Shown here: in pieces, positions 10,144 to 22,713 of the stretch
How positions within the stretch are numbered: the first letter of the stretch is position 1
How the letters are laid out: each line of letters begins with the position of its first letter
DNA from: Treponemataceae bacterium
GTDB lineage: Bacteria; Spirochaetota; Spirochaetia; Treponematales; Rectinemataceae
DNA: 64,000 bases
Reading direction: 5' to 3'
NCBI GenBank assembly: GCA_963667725.2
Contig: CAXXHO010000005.1
Location: 128,001 to 192,000 of the forward strand
The notes under the pieces: generated by a model
The model's input: the letters and a program-made list of their open reading frames with translations, nothing else
What the model was told of the DNA's origin: nothing
Database searches by the model: none
Translations under genes and position numbers: made by a program

Positions 10144-11019
10144 ATGCGGGAGCGCCCCTGGGGCTGGAACCCTTCCGGTCGCAGACGCTGGGGCATTGTC
10201 GCCCTCTGTCTCGGGCACCTGCTGTGGGTCTTCCTGGGCCGAGGGGCGGCAACGCGCTGGCAGAACCTGCTGGGGCTGCTCTCCCGCCCCTCTCAGACGG
10301 TAAGCGCCCGGTTCGAGGCCTGGCGGCAGGCGCGAACCCAGCGAATCGCGGATCATCAGCGGGCCCTGGCCGAGGTGCAGATGCTGCGGCAGCGGGTGGA
10401 ATACCTGCAGATGGCCGCCATCCAGAACGCCCAGAAGAACAGTGAGGCCGACGAGGCCGTGCGGTTGCTGGGACTCAAGCAGGCTTTCCCCCTGGAAACC
10501 CGGGGGGCCAGGATCATCGCCAACCTCCGGCGCGCGCCTTTCGGGGGGTTGGTGTTGGACTGCGGCGCAGATGCGGGGATCAATCCCGATCAGGGCGTCA
10601 TCTGTCCCGAGGGCGTGGTGGGACGAGTCTGGTCCGTGACCCAGGGGCAGGCCAGTGTGCTTCCCTTGGACTCCTTCAACGCATCTGCGGCCGTGATGCT
10701 GGCGCGCAGTCGGGCCACTGGGGTGCTGCAGGGCGTGGGGCCGGGCAAGGCGGAGATCCGCTATATCAGCAGCCAGGAGGTGGTGCAGGTGGGTGAGCCC
10801 GTCTATACCTCGGGCCTGGACCGGGTCTTCCCCCGGGGACTCCTGGTGGGGTACGTCACCGCCGCCAGACCCAGGGATGCCGAACTGGCCCTGGAAGTGA
10901 CCCTGGCCGCACCCCTCGACCGGACCCACCTGGTTCTCCTCATGCCTCCCAAGCCCCCGATCCAGGTGCAGCCCCCCTCTGAGCCCGTGGCGGGCCTTGG
11001 GCAGCGAGGCGTGAAATGA
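10144..11019 (+). CDS. mreC: Rod shape-determining protein MreC
   Basis: N-terminal TM, coiled coil, GVVGRV, TSGLDRVFPRGLLVG. Confidence 0.9.
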   Translation: MRERPWGWNPSGRRRWGIVALCLGHLLWVFLGRGAATRWQNLLGLLSRPSQTVSARFEAWRQARTQRIADHQRALAEVQMLRQRVEYLQMAAIQNAQKNSEADEAVRLLGLKQAFPLETRGARIIANLRRAPFGGLVLDCGADAGINPDQGVICPEGVVGRVWSVTQGQASVLPLDSFNASAAVMLARSRATGVLQGVGPGKAEIRYISSQEVVQVGEPVYTSGLDRVFPRGLLVGYVTAARPRDAELALEVTLAAPLDRTHLVLLMPPKPPIQVQPPSEPVAGLGQRGVK

Positions 11020-11498
11020 GCGGCAACGCCAACTCGCCCATGTTCCGGCATCTGCTGTTCGCTTGCCTGACCCTGGGAGGCGTCTATTTCGCGGCCCCCT
11101 GGCCCGCCGTCCAGGCGGTGCTCAATGCGTTCCTGGTTCTAGGGTTGGCACCGGAGTTCCGCTCGCCCCTGGTTGGGGCCTGCTGGGCCGCCGCCGCCGG
11201 TTGGGTGCTGGAAGGCGCCATGCGGGCCTACCCCCAACTGGGAGGCACAGCCCTGGGGAATCTCCTGGCCATGCTCCTGGCGGCCTGGGTGCTGACGCAA
11301 TGGCCGCCGAGCCAGCGCCGGGCCTTCTGGATTCGGCTCGCGGCCCTGGCTGTCATCCATGCCCTGCTGGTCCATGCCGCCGTGCGCATCGCCTGCGGGC
11401 CGCACCCCTGGGGCTGGGGGCCCCTCTGGACGCTCCTCACGGTGCCCCTGTGGGGGTCGGTGGCTTTCAGGCTTCACCGTCCCCTCCATCGGAGGTAG
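11016..11498 (+). CDS. mreD: MreD-like membrane protein
   Basis: 160-aa hydrophobic ORF at the mreD position between mreC and mrdA; divergent sequence. Confidence 0.65.
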   Translation: MSGNANSPMFRHLLFACLTLGGVYFAAPWPAVQAVLNAFLVLGLAPEFRSPLVGACWAAAAGWVLEGAMRAYPQLGGTALGNLLAMLLAAWVLTQWPPSQRRAFWIRLAALAVIHALLVHAAVRIACGPHPWGWGPLWTLLTVPLWGSVAFRLHRPLHRR

Positions 11499-11501
11499 GC
11501 C

Positions 11502-13387
11502 TTGATCGACGGCCGGGTTCGCAATCTCATCCAGAGGCGCGTTGATGTGCTCAAGCTTCTTGTGTGGGTGGTGGTCGTCGGGCTGCTCGTGCCCTACTTC
11601 TGGGTCCAGGTGATCAAGCGGCGCGAGATGCAGGAACTGGCCCTACGTCAGGCGGTCAAGACCCGCACCACCCCTGCGCCCCGGGGCATCATCTTCGACC
11701 GGAATGGGCACAAGCTCGTGGACAACCGGAGGGCCCTGAACCTGGTCATCCAGGCGGAGGAACTGCCGGCGGATCCTCACCAGGTCGAAGAACTGGCCCG
11801 CCAACTCCAGCGCGAACCGGAGGATCTCAAGCGACGGATCGCCTTCAGTCGTCAGGCAGGGGGCAACCGCATGGTGGTGCTCCAGGACAATCTGGATGAT
11901 GCGGGGCTCGCCCAGGCGGAGCTTCTGCGGGCGCGCTTCCCCTTTCTCAGTGTCCAGGCGGCGCCTCGGCGCGTCTATCTCGGCGAGGGCCTCGCGGGCC
12001 ACGCCCTGGGGTACGTGGGCGAGGTGGATGAAAAACTCCTGGAGAAGAATCCCGAACGCTACCACCTGGGGGAGATCATTGGCCGGGCCGGGGTCGAGGC
12101 CACGCACAACCAGGAGATCCGGGGCGAGGACGGCGAGCGCCGGATTCTCGTGGATCACCTGGGCCGCGAGATGGCGCTCTACGGCATCAAGGAGCCGGTG
12201 CCGGGCAAGAGCGTGTATCTCACGCTGGACGCGGGTTTGCAGCAGGTGCTGAAGGATGCCTTCGGCGAAGAAAACGGGGCCGGCGTGGTCATCGATCTGC
12301 GGGATGGGGGGATCCTGGCCCTCTATTCGGCGCCCACCATGGATCCCAATGTGTTCCTGAACCGCCTGAGCCAGGAACAGGTGGACTACTTCATGCGCAA
12401 TCCGGTCAAGCCAATGCTGAACCGTGTCACCCAGGGCCTCTATCCGCCGGGCTCCACCTTCAAACTGCTGGTGGCCCTCGCCGCGATGGAAAAGGGCATT
12501 CTGAAACAGGAAACGGTCTTCCACTGCGCGGGACAGAAGACCTTCTACAACCGGGTTTTCCGGTGCGATGCGGTGCATGGCTCCGTGAATCTGACCCAGG
12601 CCATCGCCCATAGCTGCAATAACTATTTTTACGAATTGGGGATGCACCTGGACGTAGACGAGATCAACGCTGCCGCCGAAAAATATGGCCTTTTGGAGAA
12701 GACGGGCATCGACCTGCCCCACGAGGCCACATCCAGAGTACCCAGTCGCGCCTGGGCCAAAGCGTTCCGTCCCAAGGAACCCAAATGGTACGCCGGGGAA
12801 ACCATCAGTGTGGCCATTGGTCAGGGCCAGAATGCCCTTACGCCCCTGGCCTTGGCCCGGTTCTACGGCATGCTCGCCACCAGGGGCAAGCTCCTCACCC
12901 CGCACCTGCTCTACGGTTTCCGCAACGAAAAGAACGGTGAGATGGAGCCGTACCAGCCCCCCGCCCCCAGGGACACGCACCTAGATCCCAAGATCTGGTC
13001 GATCCTGGATGAAGGCCTCTACCAGGTGGTCAAGGTTGGGACAGCCAAGGCCTCGAATATTCCTGGGTTCGACATGGTCGGCAAGACAGGCACTTCCCAG
13101 GTCCGCAGCCTGGGCGCCAGCCGCGAGGAATCCCGCAGGCAGGAAAAGAAGTTTCGGGATAACGCGCTCTTCGCGGGCTACGCCCCCCGGGAGAATCCCC
13201 AGATCGCCTTTGTGGTGGTGGCGGAGAACGCCGGATTCGGGGCCTCCAATGCCGCGCCCATCGCCAAGAAACTCTGTGAGTACTGGTTCATCAACCGCCC
13301 CAAGAATCCCCTGCCGCCGCCCGGGGGCAAGCTGCCGGATGCCTTCAAGCTCGAGAATAAACCCGTCGAAGACGGAGAGGTGACCCC

Positions 13388-13391
<4 letters not shown>
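11502..13391 (+). CDS. mrdA: Penicillin-binding protein 2
   Basis: APRGIIFDRNG, SxxK (PGSTFK), SxN (SCN), KTG motifs. Confidence 0.93.
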
Positions 13392-17063
<3,672 letters not shown>

Positions 17064-17507
17064 TTAGCGGAGCCCTTCGTCTCCGCGGCTCTCGGTGTCC
17101 ACCAGTGCTCGCAGACGCCAGGTGCCGTCCTTCTCGATCCAGCGCAGCAGAAAGGTGCGGCGGGAGGCATCCTGGGGCAGCAGACCCGAGCCGCCCTGGC
17201 TGGTGAGCAGCAGCTCCGTGGTCTGGAGCGCCTCATGGCCCTTCACCTCGACGCGATTGGAGAAGACGGTGACGCCGATCTTGTCCCGCCGCAGAACGCC
17301 CAATAGGTAGAGCTTCGCCCCGTTCCGGTCCATTCCTCCCGGCCCCTCGAAGCGGGTATCTAACTGGTCGATGACCGCGCCGGGATCGCTGGATTCGATG
17401 CCCTTCACGCAGACCTCGAAGGCCTGTTTCACCCGCGCTTCGGGGCTTTCCCGAGCGCAGGCCATCAGGGTCAGCAGGATGAGGAGCACGGGATAAAGGG
17501 CACGCAT
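17064..17507 (-). CDS. Lipoprotein, probable NTF2/SnoaL-like fold
   Basis: Lipobox LMAC; C-terminal WIEKDGTWRL; GAGGAG RBS. Confidence 0.65.
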   Translation of the reverse strand: MRALYPVLLILLTLMACARESPEARVKQAFEVCVKGIESSDPGAVIDQLDTRFEGPGGMDRNGAKLYLLGVLRRDKIGVTVFSNRVEVKGHEALQTTELLLTSQGGSGLLPQDASRRTFLLRWIEKDGTWRLRALVDTESRGDEGLR

Positions 17508-17569
17508 GGACGCTCCTCGGGATTCCCAAGCAGAGTATCCGCTCCCGAGCCTCGACCCGAGCGCGGGTA

Positions 17570-18079
17570 TCAGCCCACCGCAGACAGATCCTGATCGTGG
17601 CGCTGGATGAAGGCTTGGATGGCGGAACGTTCGGCGGCGGCGGGAGTCTTGGCCCAGCGGTCAGCCCGGCGCCAGAGGCCCAGCATGTCTTCGGGGCAGC
17701 CCACGCACTCGTAGATGGTTTCCACGGCGATGCCCAGGGCTTCGGCCCCGAGGGGAGCCTCCAGCACATCCTTGAGCAGGGCGAGGCGCCAGCGATCCTG
17801 AGCCTGGGCCCAGCGGCGACCGCCGGGGCGAGGGGCCTTTCCGGTGACTTCGGCAGCGGCCAGCCAGAGGGCCATCTCGAAGGATTCTAGGGCAGCTCCC
17901 GAGAGCGAGGCCAAATGCTCGCAGGCCCCTCCGGGGAAGCCCTGATCGCGCACCCAGCTTTGGATCTCCTCGGGCTTCAGGAAACCGAAATCATGGCCGA
18001 CCACGATCTCATCCCACCCGATGGAGGCGCCGTGGGAGGACTGCCGCGCCAAGAGGGACAACCAGTTTCCGATCACCAT
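17570..18079 (-). CDS. DUF2247-like protein
   Basis: W.e...G...G.l, RWRLALL, ETIYECVGCPEDM pattern resembles the family as recalled; GAGGTG RBS. Confidence 0.6.
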   Translation of the reverse strand: MVIGNWLSLLARQSSHGASIGWDEIVVGHDFGFLKPEEIQSWVRDQGFPGGACEHLASLSGAALESFEMALWLAAAEVTGKAPRPGGRRWAQAQDRWRLALLKDVLEAPLGAEALGIAVETIYECVGCPEDMLGLWRRADRWAKTPAAAERSAIQAFIQRHDQDLSAVG

Positions 18080-18170
18080 GACATCACCTCGGAACGAGTA
18101 TGGGGGGCCGATGTGAAGGGTATGTGGCAGGGCTTCGACGTTCCTGTGAGTTTAAAGGTTCGCGAATCTG

Positions 18171-19112
18171 CTACGCGAGGAGCTGCAGGGCCAGGTGGGC
18201 CGCCACCCGGGCCGACTCTTCGGCGCCCGCCAACGTGGGAGCCAACTCCATCACGTCAGCCCCGACAAAGGGCGTTGACCATCGGTGGGTGTGGCGGAGC
18301 AGGGAGATAAGCTCCATCACCGTGAGCCCCCCAGGCACGGGTTCGGCCACGGCGGGACAGAAGGCCGGATCCAGCACATCCAGATCGAGGCTCACATAGG
18401 CCGGACCCTGGCCCACCCGGGCCAGGTCGCCGTGGAGCTGGCTGCTGAGGCGCACATCCTTGAGATCCCAGGGCGTCCAAAGATGCACCCCTGCGCTGCG
18501 GAGGAAGGCCAGTTCGCCGCCATCGAAGCGCGGGGCCCGCAGGCCCACCTGCACGGTGCGATGGGGATCCAGGAGGCCCTCCTCAAGGGCCTGGCGCACC
18601 CAGGTGCCATGGTGGCAGGCCGTGCCCCAGAGCTCACCGTGCCCGGCGTCGGGGTGGGCATCGAAATGAAGCAGGCCCAGGGGGCCGTGGTGCCGGGCAT
18701 GGGCTCGTAAGGCTCCGAGGGTCATCAGGTGATCGCCGCCCAACAGGAGGGTGCGAGCACCCTGGGCAATCCAGGCCGCCGTGGTCATTTCCACCGCAGC
18801 CAGGGCTTCGGTCATATCGAAGGGGCGCGTGGGCACGTTGCCGCCATCCACCCAGCCCAGACCTGCGAAACTGCGGGCTTCCTCCTCGGGGCCCTGCAAG
18901 CGAAGGGGCATGGGCAGACGGCCAAGGCCCAGGGTTGCAGCGCGCAGGGCCCAGGGACCGAGGCGCGCACCGGGGCGGTTCAATACGCCGCCATCGTAGG
19001 GTGCGCCGAGCACCACGCCGGTGGCGGCGCAGGGTTCGGGTGCCGCAGTGAGCCCCAGGAAGGGCACCAGTCCAGAGCGAAGGTTGTTGAGCAGGGATTC
19101 GGCAGCGTTCAC
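18171..19112 (-). CDS. Agmatinase/ureohydrolase family protein
   Basis: RPGARLGP, GGDH, HFDAHPD, HHGT, SLDLDVLDP, ADVMELAP; GTG start overlaps the upstream stop (GTGA). Confidence 0.88.
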   Translation of the reverse strand: MNAAESLLNNLRSGLVPFLGLTAAPEPCAATGVVLGAPYDGGVLNRPGARLGPWALRAATLGLGRLPMPLRLQGPEEEARSFAGLGWVDGGNVPTRPFDMTEALAAVEMTTAAWIAQGARTLLLGGDHLMTLGALRAHARHHGPLGLLHFDAHPDAGHGELWGTACHHGTWVRQALEEGLLDPHRTVQVGLRAPRFDGGELAFLRSAGVHLWTPWDLKDVRLSSQLHGDLARVGQGPAYVSLDLDVLDPAFCPAVAEPVPGGLTVMELISLLRHTHRWSTPFVGADVMELAPTLAGAEESARVAAHLALQLLA

Positions 19113-19828
19113 GCGCTTTCCTCGATGGCGTTCCAGGGATGGAGGTGGCTGCGGATCTGGCGGATCCAGGCCCCTTCGGTGAGGTAATCGGTGGGACGAA
19201 GCACCGGGCCGGGCCGCACGCGAACCCGGGTGCGGGGGGTATCGCACAGCTTCTGCAGGTGCGGCAGTAGCTCTGCTTGGCCCGTCCAGGGGTAGTGAGC
19301 ATCATCGCTGGCCAGGTGGAGCGGGAGCACCGTCACCTGAAGCCGATAGGCGAGCCTCAGCGAGCCTTCGTAGAGCGGCGCAAGGGTTTCCCCGCAGGTG
19401 GTGGTGCCTTCGGGAAAGATCAGGAAATCCCTTCCGGCGCGAAGCTCCGCAGTCAGCCGAGCCAGGGCGGCGGCGCGGCTCAAGGGGTCCTCGCGGCGCA
19501 CGAAACGCAGGCCCGCGCGGCGTGCGCCCGGGCCTACCACGGGGTAGTCCGCCACCTCGGCCTTGGCCAGGATGCCGCTGGGGCGCAGGGCCATGAGCAC
19601 CATAGGATCCAGCCAACTGAGGTGATTCGCCACCCAGAGCTGACCTCCCACCGGAATCGGGGCCTCCAGGCGGGTCTCGATGCCCATGCGGGGGAGCAGC
19701 CTGCGGCACCAAGGGGAAAGCAGGGCGTCGGGCCGACGGGAGACTGACATGCGTCCGATGGACCAGAGGGAATCCATGAGCACGGCACTGAGTCGAAGGG
19801 CAGGGCGAAGGCGCGTGAGGCGTCTCAT
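19109..19828 (-). CDS. PlsC/OlsA-type lysophospholipid acyltransferase
   Basis: NHLSWLD (HX4D), LAKAEV, FPEGTT. Confidence 0.88.
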   Translation of the reverse strand: MRRLTRLRPALRLSAVLMDSLWSIGRMSVSRRPDALLSPWCRRLLPRMGIETRLEAPIPVGGQLWVANHLSWLDPMVLMALRPSGILAKAEVADYPVVGPGARRAGLRFVRREDPLSRAAALARLTAELRAGRDFLIFPEGTTTCGETLAPLYEGSLRLAYRLQVTVLPLHLASDDAHYPWTGQAELLPHLQKLCDTPRTRVRVRPGPVLRPTDYLTEGAWIRQIRSHLHPWNAIEESA

Positions 19829-20373
19829 CAGGAAACCAGGCGCAGCCGGGTATAGCGGGCTCGGAGCTGCTCTAGATCCTGTTGATTGATCACGGACCAG
19901 AGGCGGCGATCACCTTTTCGATAGTAGTCGTCCACTTCGGCCACCACCCGGGCGCCCAGGGCCTGATGAACGCTGCGGGCATCATGGTTGTCGGGCTCGA
20001 CGAGGAATCGGCATTCCTCCACGCCCTCCTCGAGCAGCTTCTTGACCATGGCCCGGATCAGCAGGTAGTTCACCCGGGTCTTCTGGTACTGGGGCAACAC
20101 CGCCAGGGTGGCGCAGTAGTTCACCCTGCCCTTGGGAAAGTTGAGCACATAGCCCACGGCCTTCTCACCTTCCAGGGCGAGGAAGCACCAGTCCGCGTAC
20201 ATCTCGGTGCAGAGCCGCAGGTAGTGGGGACAGAGCGTGCCCGTGGCATCACCCGACCAGAGTTCCCGCTCGAGTTCTTGAAGGTGCGCGAAGTCGGAGG
20301 ACTCTAGGGGCCGCACCACGAAGCGGCTGGTGTCCGTTGTGTTTGGAGATTCCTGGAGCTGGATCGGAGCCAT
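19828..20373 (-). CDS. GNAT family N-acyltransferase
   Basis: LAVLPQYQK acyl-CoA loop, VEPDNHDARSVHQALG, DYY; GGAGGTG RBS; TGATG coupling to the next gene. Confidence 0.85.
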   Translation of the reverse strand: MAPIQLQESPNTTDTSRFVVRPLESSDFAHLQELERELWSGDATGTLCPHYLRLCTEMYADWCFLALEGEKAVGYVLNFPKGRVNYCATLAVLPQYQKTRVNYLLIRAMVKKLLEEGVEECRFLVEPDNHDARSVHQALGARVVAEVDDYYRKGDRRLWSVINQQDLEQLRARYTRLRLVS

Positions 20374-20503
20374 GGGGGCACCTCCTCGGGTTCAAGGATC
20401 CCCTCGGGTGGTGACGCTCCCATGAAGGCCTCGCAAAGGCTCCGTGGCGGTCCTGTGACGATTTGCTACGCCAGGAGCCCGTCCAAGTATTATGCGGGGC
20501 CGC

Positions 20504-20710
20504 GCTGGTGTGCCAGCCGAGCGAGGCAAGGAAGGCGACGAAGGCCTTGGTGGCCCCAAGGACGAGGAGCCTGACGCAGGATCGCGACGGCTGGCGCCCC
20601 AGCCCGAAGGGTTGAGCGCAAAGGGCTCGCTGGCTGTGTCGGCGCATTCGGACGATGAACCCGCATCGCCTCTCACGCGCCTTCGTGCCATCAAACCCTT
20701 TGCGCTCAAC
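20504..20710. repeat. Two adjacent structured palindromic elements (MITE/REP-like)
   Basis: Element A 20504-20603: 14/16 inverted repeat plus inner CCTTGG/CCAAGG stem. Element B 20611-20710: perfect 15-bp inverted repeat GTTGAGCGCAAAGGG/CCCTTTGCGCTCAAC. Confidence 0.75.
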
Positions 20711-21260
20711 GCGGTTCCCGCAGAATACTCGGACGGGCTCCCAGGCCGTGTTCCCGGAAGAGCGCGGGATAGCTGCGCAACTCGGCGGCCTCGGGGCCGA
20801 GGTTCAGGGCTGCCATGGTCGCGTGGATGGCGGGGGCCTCGCCCTCCAGTTCCAGAAAACAGCCGAAGGGAGTTTCATCCAGGCAGGCCACGAGATCCGT
20901 GCGCCTCATCAGGGCTCGGGTCTTCACCATGCGCAGGACGGGGCGAAAGCCCAGGGCCTGCAGGATGCCTTCCAGGACCTGGGGATCGGCGATCTCCGTT
21001 TCCAGCTCGGGGCGGATCTTCAGCAGGGCATCTGGGATTTTGGGGCCCTTCCAGGTGAGCCAAGCCTTGCCCGCGAAAAGTCTGAGCCGAAGGGCGCTGC
21101 CTTGGGTCCAGAGCTCAGCATCGCGGTCCCACAATTCGCTCGTTTCCGCCTGGGCGGGAACCGTCAGAAGGAAGCCCAGAACCTCCAGGCGGGCCTGCAA
21201 ACCTGCCAGGCTGGGCACCCGGAGCTTGACCTCCGTTTCGATCGGGTTGCGATGTTCCAT
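20706..21260 (-). CDS. CYTH family protein (class IV adenylate cyclase / triphosphatase)
   Basis: ETEVK (ExExK), ALRLR, LTWKGP, RPELET, FLELEG, SY motifs. Confidence 0.87.
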   Translation of the reverse strand: MEHRNPIETEVKLRVPSLAGLQARLEVLGFLLTVPAQAETSELWDRDAELWTQGSALRLRLFAGKAWLTWKGPKIPDALLKIRPELETEIADPQVLEGILQALGFRPVLRMVKTRALMRRTDLVACLDETPFGCFLELEGEAPAIHATMAALNLGPEAAELRSYPALFREHGLGARPSILREPR

Positions 21261-21315
21261 GGCGGAGTTCCCCTGAATCACTCCATCATGAGCGGAACGG
21301 AGCGACTGAAACGAA

Positions 21316-22627
21316 GTGATCCCAAAACGCTACCTCATCGCCACCCTGTTCATCGCGGCCATGCTCGTGCTGCTGGCGGTGGTGCAGGCGCCCCGCGCCA
21401 AGAGCCAGGGCGGAGTGGCCACGGGGGAGGTGCCGGTGGCCCTGAGCATGGAGAGCTTCGAGACTCTCGCCGAGTATCGCCTCGCCGATGGCTGGGCTCC
21501 GAGGTTCCAGGGCACCCGCGATCCCGACCAGCTCGACCCCTGGCCTTACGCGGGGGGCTTTGAGGCGCCCTGGGAACCGGCTTCGCCCTTTCTGGGGGAC
21601 CAGGGCTTCGCCATGAATGGCCCCACGGGGCACGGCGAGATCCTGCTCTGGCGGGGTCTGGAGTGGCGTCGCCTGCGGTTCGAGGCGCCCATCTGTTCGG
21701 CGCGGCTGGACCCCAATCGGGGTTCCCATCTGCTCGTAACCCTGGCCCTGGGCGGGGATCGGTTCGAGACACGTCTGCTGGAAATGCCCGAGGGTCGAGT
21801 GCTCTGGGCCCTTGGACAGTGGCCCCTGGAGCCGCTTCAGCTGGGACGGCAAGGCGGTGCTCTTCGGCCTGCGGGCCCCCACGCCCGAGGGTGCGTGGCT
21901 GATCACCACGCTGTCGGTGGATGGTGAACGCCCCCCGCAGACCCTGGCCGCCTGGGACGAACCGGGCCTGCCCGCGCCGCCGAAGGGCTGGATCACCCGC
22001 CCCGAGCAGCTTTGGGATGACGGGAAGGATTTTCCGGGGCCCGGAATCGTGGTTTCCCTGCGACCCGGGGTGCGGATCTGGTTTCCCCGACAGGACCGCC
22101 TATGGATCAGTGATGCCAGTGGCTGGAGCCTTTGGGGCCTGGAGGAGGGCCTCTGGCGGCGCCTGGATGCGGGCAGCGGGGAACTGGTGGCCCATCCCCC
22201 CCTCTTCATGGGGCGGATCACCCTGGATAAGCAAAAGGTTGCCGTGCGATCCCTTTCCTCTGCCACGGATTCCACCTGGAAGGACCTTCCCACCGAAGCC
22301 GAGCCCTGGCCGCCCTACGACGCCGCCTGGGCCTGGAAAGCCGAGGATGCGGCATTCACCTCCTGGGATCTCCGGTGGGGCAAGGGCGCGGAGGGTTTCC
22401 CCCGGGAGCGCCAGCGAGAGGCCCTCAAGAAATCCTTCCGCGCGGACTGGCATGCCGCCTCCAGTCTGCGTGCCTCCGTGCGGGGTTGGCTGCCGGAGGG
22501 CCCGGACATCGCCCTGCGCGAAGCCTCGGAGGTCGGCTGGGTCTGGGTGGGCGACCGGGTGCTTCTAGTGCGGCTCCAGGGCAATGAACGCCTGCGAAAA
22601 ATCCGCAATCTGCTGAAGGCAAGATGA
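21316..22627 (+). CDS. Hypothetical secreted or membrane-anchored Trp-rich protein, split by a +1 frameshift near 21808-21813
   Basis: N-terminal hydrophobic segment; removing one base of GCCCTTG joins ORF 21316 to ORF 21812-22627 (..VLWALDSGPWSRFSWDG..). Confidence 0.6.
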
Positions 22628-22713
22628 CGCTCCAGCCGCATTTCCGTACTAGCATCCCCTTTTTTCTGCTAGTTTAGGCCCAGTCCTCTCACCCCCGGCC
22701 TCCCGAGGTTCCT

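Noticed and set aside
20374..20500. Guanidine or other riboswitch ahead of the ureohydrolase operon
   Set aside because: I could not recognise the conserved aptamer motifs by eye; an Rfam scan would be decisive
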